Of a stretch of 64,000 nucleotides of DNA, positions 19,217 through 26,978 are shown piece by piece. The notes beneath the pieces are model-generated. The model saw only the letters and a program-made list of their open reading frames with translations. It did not search any database and was not told the origin of the DNA. Both the position numbers and the translations under genes were made by a program. The stretch comes from Patescibacteria group bacterium (GTDB lineage: Bacteria; Patescibacteriota; Minisyncoccia; Phycocordibacterales; UBA9973), in contig JAZJXT010000002.1 in NCBI GenBank assembly GCA_040390725.1, positions 28,450 through 92,449 on the forward strand, in the 5' to 3' direction. Each line of letters begins with the position of its first letter. Position 1 is the first letter of the stretch.

Positions 19217-20434
19217 ATGAAATTTTTTTACACTGCAAAATTACAAAATGGAGAAATTTTAAAAGGAGAAATGGATTCTTCAGATCGTTTTACTCTTTCA
19301 CGCGAGTTGCGAACACGCGGGTATATTCCTTTGTCTGTTTCAGCAAGGGGAGTAAATTCTTTTGATGTAATGAAAGAATTTACTCGTATTTTTGGCCGTA
19401 TTAAAGTCTCTGAGCAAGTTATTTTAACCAAGAATTTAGGCAACATGCTCAAGGCCGGGTTGGCATTGTCTCGCGCATTGTCTGTTTTGGAAAAACAAAC
19501 AACAAATGAAACATTAAGAAAAATTTTAATAGCACTTACAGGGGAAATAAATTCAGGTGGGACATTTTCTTCCGGGTTATCAAAATTTCCAAAAGTTTTT
19601 TCAAAACTTTTTGTTTCGATGGTTCGCGCCGGCGAGGAGTCGGGCAATCTCGCCGGCGCATTGGCTGAAGTCGGTGCGAATTTGGAGAAATCAAATGCTT
19701 TGACTAAAAAAATAAAGGGTGCGCTCATTTATCCGGGAGTTATTCTCTCTGCTATGGTTGTCGTCGGAGTATTGATGTTTGCGTTCGTGGTGCCGACGCT
19801 TGCAAAAACTTTCATTGAGCTCGGCGTAGCATTGCCGGCATCTACTCAGTTTATAATATTTTTAGGTAATTTCTTTTCAAATTATTTAATTTTATCTTTT
19901 GCTTTGATTATTGGTTTTGTTTTCGGCATCGTGGCTCTTTTCCGAGCGTCTTTCATGGCTAGGCCCATTGATTTTGTAGTTTTGCGTATTCCAATTATTA
20001 GTAATTTGGCCAAGGAATTAAATACTGCCCGCACAGCGAGGACCATCGCATCGCTTATTATTTCCGGAGTTCCCATTACCCGCGCAGTGCAAATAGCCGA
20101 AGATGTGGTTCAAAATGTATATTATAAAAAAGTTTTAAAGGATGCGCGCATAGCCATAGAAAAAGGTGCGCCATTTTCGGAAGTTTTTACAGAACATCCG
20201 GAACTTTATCCGGTGATGATGTCGGAGATGGTAGAAGTCGGAGAAGAGACGGGCAAGCTTTCCGATATGTTGCTCGAGATTGCTGTTTTTTATGAAAATG
20301 AAATAGAAAATAAAACAAAAAATCTATCCACTATCATAGAACCATTTTTGATGATAATAATCGGTACAGGAGTAGGATTTTTTGCAGTGTCTATGATCAC
20401 ACCTTTGTACTCTATACTTAATAATATAAATTAA
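19217..20434 (+). CDS. pilC: type IV pilus inner-membrane platform protein PilC/GspF
   Basis: Starts MKFFYTAKLQNGEIL at the ATG (19217) two nt after the pilB stop; the 19148 start in the ORF track overlaps pilB and is rejected. Two GspF repeats with TM segments. Confidence 0.9.
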   Translation: MKFFYTAKLQNGEILKGEMDSSDRFTLSRELRTRGYIPLSVSARGVNSFDVMKEFTRIFGRIKVSEQVILTKNLGNMLKAGLALSRALSVLEKQTTNETLRKILIALTGEINSGGTFSSGLSKFPKVFSKLFVSMVRAGEESGNLAGALAEVGANLEKSNALTKKIKGALIYPGVILSAMVVVGVLMFAFVVPTLAKTFIELGVALPASTQFIIFLGNFFSNYLILSFALIIGFVFGIVALFRASFMARPIDFVVLRIPIISNLAKELNTARTARTIASLIISGVPITRAVQIAEDVVQNVYYKKVLKDARIAIEKGAPFSEVFTEHPELYPVMMSEMVEVGEETGKLSDMLLEIAVFYENEIENKTKNLSTIIEPFLMIIIGTGVGFFAVSMITPLYSILNNIN

Positions 20435-20435
20435 A

Positions 20436-20903
20436 ATGAGAAATTTTTATCAAAAGGGAATAACATTAGTTGAGACTTTGGTTGCAGTGGCTATCATTGT
20501 TCTCATTCTTGCTATTGTTTTGCCTTCTTTTAATACAATAAAAAAAAATAATATTTTGAAAAGTACCACTGAAGATATTTTTTCAGCTCTGGACAATGCT
20601 CATTCACAGACTCTCTCGTCTGTGAGTTCGTCCACGTATGGGGTGCACTTTCAGTCTGATAAAGTTGTGATTTTTAAAGGCACAGTTTATTCATCGAATG
20701 ATGTAAATAATAAAACTGTAAATATAAACTTTCCGGCAAGTATTTCAAATGTAAATTTTAATAGTGTGAGTGCAATTTCCGGTGATATATACTTTGCTCA
20801 TCTGACTGGAGTGCCGAGCAAGACCGGTACGGTGACCATTGCTGTTTCTTCCAGTACAAAAATAATTACGATTTCAGCAACGGGGAATTTTAGTATAAAT
20901 TAA
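20436..20903 (+). CDS. prepilin-type N-terminal cleavage/methylation domain protein (pilin/pseudopilin)
   Basis: KG|ITLVETLVAVAIIVLILAIV: class III signal with Glu+5. Confidence 0.8.
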   Translation: MRNFYQKGITLVETLVAVAIIVLILAIVLPSFNTIKKNNILKSTTEDIFSALDNAHSQTLSSVSSSTYGVHFQSDKVVIFKGTVYSSNDVNNKTVNINFPASISNVNFNSVSAISGDIYFAHLTGVPSKTGTVTIAVSSSTKIITISATGNFSIN

Positions 20904-20905
20904 TC

Positions 20906-21343
20906 ATGATAAATTTTCTTAAAAATATAAAAGAAAAAAGAAATAAAGCCGGATTTTTAATGGTTGAAGTCATTGTGGCTATTTCTATTATTACCGCTTC
21001 TGTTTTGTCAGCGATGGCAGTCGCCCAAAAGGCAGTATCTATTTCCAGACAATCAGTTCATTCCGCACAAGCCGCATTCTTATTGGAAGAAGGTTCAGAG
21101 AATGCCCGAATATCGAGAGATAATGCATGGGCCAATGTTGCAAGCATAAACACAACAGAGACAATAGGTATTTTTACAAGGACGGTGGTGGCTTCTAGTG
21201 TATTGCGAAATGTGACGACGGGAGCTATTGGCTCCGGAGTCAGTGATGCCAATACAAAATTAATAACTGTCACGGTTTCTTGGAAGGAGGGAGCTACGAC
21301 TTTATCAAAAACTTTACCATTTTATTTGGTAAATATTTTTTAA
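20906..21343 (+). CDS. prepilin-like protein
   Basis: AG|FLMVEVIVAISIITASVL. Confidence 0.7.
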   Translation: MINFLKNIKEKRNKAGFLMVEVIVAISIITASVLSAMAVAQKAVSISRQSVHSAQAAFLLEEGSENARISRDNAWANVASINTTETIGIFTRTVVASSVLRNVTTGAIGSGVSDANTKLITVTVSWKEGATTLSKTLPFYLVNIF

Positions 21344-21350
21344 TAATTAT

Positions 21351-21866
21351 ATGCAAATATTTTTCAAAAATAAAAAATTAATAAATAGCGGCGGGTATGC
21401 TTTGGTGGAAACTATTTTTTACATTGCTATTTTAGGTATTCTTTCTACGGCTGTTATCAGTGCTTTGGTGACTATGGGAAAAACATTCAAAGAAACTGTC
21501 GCACAAACGGCATTATTGCAAAGTTCCTCTATTATGGAAAGAATGTCCAGAGAAGTACGGCAAGACTATAGCGCAACTTTAGTCAGTTCAACTGATTTAA
21601 TCTTAAAAGATTCCGCCGGAGTAAATAAAACGGAATTCAAGCTTTCTGGTACTGATTTGCAATTATTGGAAGGTTCCGGTTTAACTTTTACCGGTAACTT
21701 GAATTCTCCAAATGTTACAGTTACAGCTTTGAGTTTTACACAGATTACAACCACACAAGGAAAAGCATTTAAAGTGGTCATGTCAGTCAGATACACTTTA
21801 GGGTCAGTTGTTCGCACTGCGGATTTTTATGATACAGTTACATTGAGGGGAAGTTATGTGCATTAA
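21351..21866 (+). CDS. prepilin-like protein
   Basis: GG|YALVETIFYIAILGILSTAV. Confidence 0.7.
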   Translation: MQIFFKNKKLINSGGYALVETIFYIAILGILSTAVISALVTMGKTFKETVAQTALLQSSSIMERMSREVRQDYSATLVSSTDLILKDSAGVNKTEFKLSGTDLQLLEGSGLTFTGNLNSPNVTVTALSFTQITTTQGKAFKVVMSVRYTLGSVVRTADFYDTVTLRGSYVH

Positions 21867-21868
21867 TT

Positions 21869-23188
21869 ATGAAAATAAAAAATAAAAAAATAAAATATAA
21901 TTCCGGCGCGGCGATGCTCATATCTGTGATATTTTTTCTTTTTATTTCTTTGGCGATTATTGCCGGACTTGTTTCTCCTTCAGTGCGAGAATTTAAAATT
22001 GCCAGGGATTATTTGCAGTCCAGGCAAAGTTTCTTTTTGTCTGAATCTGCTATTGAAGATTCTTATTATCGTATAAATAATAGCTTGCCACTTGGTTCGA
22101 CAGATACTTTGACTATCGGCAGTACTACGGCGACAGCTACTATTGTGGCTGACGATGTTAATAATAAAACCATTACATCTCTTGGTGATTTATCTTCAAG
22201 ACAAAGAACAAATCAATTAAAAATAAATTCCAATTCTTCGGTAGTTTTTGCTTATGGAACACAGGCAGGTGAGGGGGGAATTATTTTTTTACAGAATACA
22301 GGATTAGTCGGTAATTTGTATTCCAATGGACCTATTGCGGGATATAGTAATGCTTATGTGACAGGTAATGCGTATGCTGCTGGCAGTTCAGGAACAATCA
22401 CTACGAGTGGCGGTTCTTTTTGCATAGGGGGTTTTACTTCAAATAATCATTGTACATTAAATTCTAGTGATGCTCATGCTCATACAATAACAGGGACGAC
22501 AGTAGCAGGTACTCTATACTGCCAAACAGGTTCTTCTAATAGTACTTCTTGCAATACAACCCAAGCAGACCCGGCAGTTATTTCTTTGCCTGTAACTGAT
22601 GCAAATATTACTACATGGAAACACGATGCTGCTACAGGAACTATTATTAATGGTGATTATACTGTCTCTGCGGATACTACTCTCGGCACAGCAAATGCCA
22701 CGGAAATTACTGGAAATCTTACAGTGAATAGCCGTACTACTCTTACAATTGCAAATACTATTTATGTTGTTGGAAATATTGTAATTAACGGTGATTTACA
22801 AATGGCATCTATTTACGGACCACACAGCGCAGTGATTATTGCAGATGGCTTGATTTCAACTGGTGGAGGTGTTCATGTTTATGATTCCGGAACTGCTGGG
22901 AGCTATGTAATGTTACTTTCAACTAGCACTTGCGATGAAAATACTTCTACTGGCCCTTGTAGCGGGCATAATGCTATGGATATAGGAAATAGCTCTGATA
23001 TTATGATTATTAATGCGCAGAATGGAACTGTTTATATGGCTAATGGCGGAAACGCAAAAGAAGTTGTTGGACAAAAAATACGCTTAAAGAATAATACTGT
23101 TGTTACTTATGGTACTGGTTCCACTACTGCTAATTTTTTGAGTGGTATTGGTAATGTTTGGCGGGTTTCGAGCTGGCTCGAGATATAA
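21869..23188 (+). CDS. large pilin-like / pilus-associated protein (439 aa)
   Basis: Pilin-like hydrophobic N-terminus SGAAMLISVIFFLFISLAIIAGLV lacking Glu+5. Thr/Gly/Asn-rich C-terminal beta-rich domain. Confidence 0.5.
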   Translation: MKIKNKKIKYNSGAAMLISVIFFLFISLAIIAGLVSPSVREFKIARDYLQSRQSFFLSESAIEDSYYRINNSLPLGSTDTLTIGSTTATATIVADDVNNKTITSLGDLSSRQRTNQLKINSNSSVVFAYGTQAGEGGIIFLQNTGLVGNLYSNGPIAGYSNAYVTGNAYAAGSSGTITTSGGSFCIGGFTSNNHCTLNSSDAHAHTITGTTVAGTLYCQTGSSNSTSCNTTQADPAVISLPVTDANITTWKHDAATGTIINGDYTVSADTTLGTANATEITGNLTVNSRTTLTIANTIYVVGNIVINGDLQMASIYGPHSAVIIADGLISTGGGVHVYDSGTAGSYVMLLSTSTCDENTSTGPCSGHNAMDIGNSSDIMIINAQNGTVYMANGGNAKEVVGQKIRLKNNTVVTYGTGSTTANFLSGIGNVWRVSSWLEI

Positions 23189-23210
23189 AAAGTTATGATA
23201 TAATAGGTGA

Positions 23211-23975
23211 ATGAAGAAGATAGTTATAGGCAATTGGAAAATGAATCCGCTTTCTAGTAAAGAAGCGGAGAAAATTTTTTCCGGTATTGTTAAAAATTTA
23301 AAAGTTAAAAAAACAGAGGTGGTTATTTGCCCGCCGTTTTTGTATTTGGAAAAGCTGGGGAAAATTTCAAAGAAAGTTTCCTTGGGAGCACAGAATGCTT
23401 TTACAGAAGATGGTGGTGCGTACACTGGGGAAGTTTCTGTAAAAATGCTCGCGAATATGGGTGTGAAGTATGTGATATTAGGACATTCAGAAAGGCGCAG
23501 TCCGCCGGCCGGCGGAGGGGAATCTAATCAAGATGTAAATAAAAAAATAAAAGCATCACTATCTGTTGGGCTTATTCCGGTAGTTTGTATTGGAGAAAAA
23601 GAACGGGATGAAAATCACGAGTATTTGAATTTTGTGCGTGAACAAGTCGAGCAAGGTTTTACAGGAATTTCCAAGAATTTAATTTCAAATATTATTATTG
23701 CTTATGAGCCTGTATGGGCTATCGGCAAGAATGCAAAGAGAGAGGCGTCTCCTGCGGAGTTTCGCGAGATGAGTATTTTTATCAGGAAAATTTTGTCTGA
23801 TAAATTTGGCGCAAAAAATATTGAAAAAATCAGAATTATTTACGGTGGTTCCGCGCATCCGGAAAATGTTGCTGGATTTTTAGCAGAAGGCGCGGATGGT
23901 TTTTTGCCAGGCAGGGATAGTTTGGATCCGAAGAAGTTTTTATCAATTGTTAATACAACAGAAAGTATCTTTTAA
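23211..23975 (+). CDS. tpiA: triosephosphate isomerase
   Basis: IGNWKMN, ILGHSERR and AYEPVWAIG motifs. Confidence 0.9.
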   Translation: MKKIVIGNWKMNPLSSKEAEKIFSGIVKNLKVKKTEVVICPPFLYLEKLGKISKKVSLGAQNAFTEDGGAYTGEVSVKMLANMGVKYVILGHSERRSPPAGGGESNQDVNKKIKASLSVGLIPVVCIGEKERDENHEYLNFVREQVEQGFTGISKNLISNIIIAYEPVWAIGKNAKREASPAEFREMSIFIRKILSDKFGAKNIEKIRIIYGGSAHPENVAGFLAEGADGFLPGRDSLDPKKFLSIVNTTESIF

Positions 23976-24069
23976 AAACCGCACATAATTTTCTGCTGAA
24001 AATTTGCTATGTTCGGCTCGTCAGCCTGCGCAATGCTTTTTAAAAAATACTTTCTGTTTTCTTAAAGTT

Positions 24070-25218
24070 ATGAATAGTATAAAAAGTTTAAAAAACATAA
24101 AAGGTAAAAAAGTTCTTGTGAGAGTTGATTTCAATGTGCCTGTTTTGAACGGTAAGGTGGAAGACGATTTCCGAATACAAAAAGCATTGCCAACAATTAA
24201 ATTTTTACAGAAAAAAGGCGCGAAAGTTATTTTAATAACGCACTTGGGTAAAGGCGGGGAAACTCTTTTGCCGGTGGAAAAAGTTTTGAATAAATATGTA
24301 AAAGCTGTTTTTGTGGCTGATATTGTGGGAGAAAAAGCAGAAAATGCTGTGGATGCTATGAAAAATGGTGATGTAATTTTGTTAGAAAATTTACGTAATA
24401 ATGACGGCGAGAAAAATTGTGATAAAACTTTTGCGAAAAGTTTGGCAAAATTCGGGGATATTTATGTGAATGAAGCCTTTCCTGTGTCACACAGAGCTGA
24501 TGCTTCTATTGTTTTGTTGCCGAAGCTTTTGCCGGCGTATGCGGGTTTGCAGTTAGAAAATGAAGTGAAAAATCTTTCGAAAGTTTCCAAGAGCGTAAAG
24601 CATCCATTTCTTTTTATTTTAGGCGGTGCGAAATTTTCTACCAAGATGCCTTTGATTAAAAAATATTTAAAAACTGCGGACAATATTTTTGTTGGCGGAG
24701 CATTAGCGAATGATTTTTTGAAAGCGAAGGGTTATGAAGTTGGCAAATCTTTGACGGACAATGGTGATTTTGGAATTAAGAAATTTATAAATAATAAAAA
24801 ACTTATTTTACCGGTGGATGCTGTAGTCACCTCACCCCAGCCCTCTCCTTATAAAGGAGAGGGGGAATTCGTAAATAAAAAAGCAAGTGAAGTAAAAAAA
24901 GATGAAATTATTTTAGATGTCGGCAGTGAATCAGTAAAAAATTTAGCACCGATTATTAAAAAAGCAAAAATGATTCTCTGGAATGGGCCTTTGGGAAAAT
25001 ATGAAGAAAAAGAATGCAGAGCGACAAAAGAAGTTTTGAAAATGGTGATGAATTCAAAAGCTCAAGTGACTATAGGTGGCGGAGACATAGTCGCTGTTTT
25101 ATCTCAAATGAAAATTAATACTGACAAAAGAAAAAATTTATTTGTATCTACTGGCGGAGGAGCAACTCTCGACTTTCTTGCTAATGGCACCTTGCCAGGA
25201 ATTAAAGCGTTAAAATAA
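24070..25218 (+). CDS. pgk: phosphoglycerate kinase
   Basis: VLVRVDFNVP and ILWNGPLG motifs. Start moved to the ATG at 24070 (MNSIKSLKNIKGKKVLVRVDFNVP). Contains the in-frame palindromic insert at 24828-24865. Confidence 0.9.
   Translation: MNSIKSLKNIKGKKVLVRVDFNVPVLNGKVEDDFRIQKALPTIKFLQKKGAKVILITHLGKGGETLLPVEKVLNKYVKAVFVADIVGEKAENAVDAMKNGDVILLENLRNNDGEKNCDKTFAKSLAKFGDIYVNEAFPVSHRADASIVLLPKLLPAYAGLQLENEVKNLSKVSKSVKHPFLFILGGAKFSTKMPLIKKYLKTADNIFVGGALANDFLKAKGYEVGKSLTDNGDFGIKKFINNKKLILPVDAVVTSPQPSPYKGEGEFVNKKASEVKKDEIILDVGSESVKNLAPIIKKAKMILWNGPLGKYEEKECRATKEVLKMVMNSKAQVTIGGGDIVAVLSQMKINTDKRKNLFVSTGGGATLDFLANGTLPGIKALK
24828..24865 (+). repeat. RPE-like palindromic element, copy 1 (in-frame within pgk; encodes TSPQPSPYKGEGE)
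   Basis: cacctcaccccagccctctccttataaaggagaggggg; core is a perfect 10-bp inverted repeat ccctctcctt/aaggagaggg. Identical reverse-complement copy at 62919-62955 and a 2-mismatch copy at 57294-57329. Confidence 0.6.
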
Positions 25219-25303
25219 ATTTTTGTCATTTTAAAAAATTGACAAATTACTAGATATATATTAATCTTCTTCTTAGAAACATTCTTTGAAAAGGAAAGTT
25301 GAA

Positions 25304-25753
25304 GTGTTAATACGTCAGCTGAAATTCGGCTTATGTTTTAACATTTTAACTATATTATTAATTATGAACACGATTTCTAAAGAAAACACCGCTATTGTCG
25401 CAAGCGTGCTCAATGAAGAAAATATTGAGACCCTTGCTGTTGCTCTAGGGCAGCAAATCTTGCCTTTTTTTAAAGCAAAATCATATTTGGAAAAATTCAA
25501 GTCCCCTGCTCTTAAGCACGTAGTATTTTTTAGAGATGGAACACAAACATCTGATATTAAATTTCATATTTACGATCAAAAAGGGAATGAAAGAGTTGAG
25601 TTTGATTATTTTATTTCTGTGAAGGATAGCTTGACTCATAATTTTTATGGTCAGGACTCTTTCAAAGATGCAGGCTCTATCTTGGAAAGAGAATTTCTTC
25701 TTTCTGTTTCTTTTTATTGGTTTGAGTTGGCTTTAAAGAAGGATAAAAAATAA
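25304..25753 (+). CDS. hypothetical protein with N-terminal hydrophobic segment
   Basis: GTG at 25304 preceded by AAGGAAAG (25291-25298); alternative start ATG 25364. No recognisable domain. Confidence 0.4.
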   Translation: MLIRQLKFGLCFNILTILLIMNTISKENTAIVASVLNEENIETLAVALGQQILPFFKAKSYLEKFKSPALKHVVFFRDGTQTSDIKFHIYDQKGNERVEFDYFISVKDSLTHNFYGQDSFKDAGSILEREFLLSVSFYWFELALKKDKK

Positions 25754-25772
25754 TTGATTACTAGTATCTCGG

Positions 25773-25803
25773 CTGATTTCTGAAAGGGAATCAGTCATTT
25801 TTT
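25773..25803. terminator. weak hairpin + T-run between convergent genes
   Basis: ctgatt ... aatcag stem then tcattttttttat. Confidence 0.35.
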
Positions 25804-26199
25804 TTATACTTTTGCAATAATTTTTTCAGCAACTTCTAATTTTACTGTTTTGTTAATGCAGTCCACAATAGCAGTATATTTAAATTTTTCCATAAAACTT
25901 ATTCCCATTAACGGTCGGTTGTTTGAAATTAAAACAGTGACAAGCAATTCTTGTCCTTCCATATATGCAATAGCAGAAGCTGTTTGGAGAACAACAATTC
26001 CTCCGTTTGCATTTTCAACTTTTTCAATGCCATCTATTTTTAATCCCAATTCCTGGGCAATCTTGGGCGTGACAACTAAATCTCCGGTAAATCCCGTATC
26101 AACTACAAAATACGGAGTTTGAACGGACTGACCCCATAATATTACTGTCGGGACATAAGGTAAGGGATGTTTTAAATCATCAAATTTTCCTGTTACCAT
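25804..26199 (-). CDS. retropepsin-like (clan AA) aspartic protease
   Basis: FVVDTGFTGDLVV active-site D-T-G motif; ~130-aa size typical of the bacterial retropepsin-like family. Confidence 0.65.
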   Translation of the reverse strand: MVTGKFDDLKHPLPYVPTVILWGQSVQTPYFVVDTGFTGDLVVTPKIAQELGLKIDGIEKVENANGGIVVLQTASAIAYMEGQELLVTVLISNNRPLMGISFMEKFKYTAIVDCINKTVKLEVAEKIIAKV

Positions 26200-26200
26200 A

Positions 26201-26473
26201 TTATTTATTTTGGAAAAGATGAGAGATAGTTTCCGCTGTATCTGAACCGATTTTTACCACATAAAATATATTATCAGGGTGTTCCATTTTTGCATTTCTT
26301 ACTGCTTCTGCTGATGTATCACCTAAATATACTTTCTTACTACCAGTATCAATAGCCAAGAATTTACCATTCTCGGCAGGCTGATAGTTATTTTTAACGG
26401 ATTCATATATTTCTACTCCGTCAGTTACTATTTTTTCTATATTGTTGGTTTTGAGTAATTCGTCTGTGCTCAT
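26201..26473 (-). CDS. small hypothetical protein (90 aa) adjacent to the aspartic protease, probably co-transcribed
   Basis: 1-nt intergenic gap with the protease gene; contains AIDTGSKKVYLGD. Confidence 0.4.
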   Translation of the reverse strand: MSTDELLKTNNIEKIVTDGVEIYESVKNNYQPAENGKFLAIDTGSKKVYLGDTSAEAVRNAKMEHPDNIFYVVKIGSDTAETISHLFQNK

Positions 26474-26530
26474 AGTCCAAGTATATTACATTACCGCTTG
26501 CCATTCAACAAGTAGGCAGTGTGGATAAGA

Positions 26531-26941
26531 TTAAAGTTTTGAAGTAATTTTTTCTGAAATAGATTTCATTTCGCCGTCTTCATAAGGGCGTTTGCCGTGC
26601 CAGGGTTCGAAACCATCGTTGGAGAAGCGGGGTATGACATGAATGTGCGAGTGAAAAACCAATTGTCCGGCGGCGTGATTGTTATTCATTGCTATATTTA
26701 TGCCGTCAGCTTTTACGGCATCTTTGATTGCAAGTGATATTTTTTTGGCGACTTTTATCATATCTGCCATTACTTCTTCGGGCGTTTCATAAATATTTGG
26801 GTAGTGTGTCTTAGGAATGACGAGCGCGTGGCCTATGTTTACCGGAGCAATGTCTAAAAAAGCGAGAGTTTTATCGTCCTCGTAAATCTTTGTGCTGGGA
26901 ATTTTACCCTCTATAATTTTGCAAAAAATGCATTCTTCCAT
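26531..26941 (-). CDS. HIT-family (histidine triad) nucleotide hydrolase
   Basis: HSHIHVIP histidine triad; N-terminal CIFCKI. Confidence 0.85.
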   Translation of the reverse strand: MEECIFCKIIEGKIPSTKIYEDDKTLAFLDIAPVNIGHALVIPKTHYPNIYETPEEVMADMIKVAKKISLAIKDAVKADGINIAMNNNHAAGQLVFHSHIHVIPRFSNDGFEPWHGKRPYEDGEMKSISEKITSKL

Positions 26942-26978
26942 AATTTAATTATACTAAATATGTGTTAGAATTGCATCT

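Noticed and set aside
24004-24069. ORF-track start of pgk at 24004
   Set aside because: The N-terminal 22 residues are not PGK-like; a conserved PGK N-terminus starts at the ATG at 24070.
25219-25285. Imperfect palindrome ttgtcattttaaaaaattgacaa downstream of pgk
   Set aside because: It is AT-only and imperfect (one extra T), with no GC stem; more likely a -35-like box (ttgaca) for the next gene than a terminator. Kept out of features.
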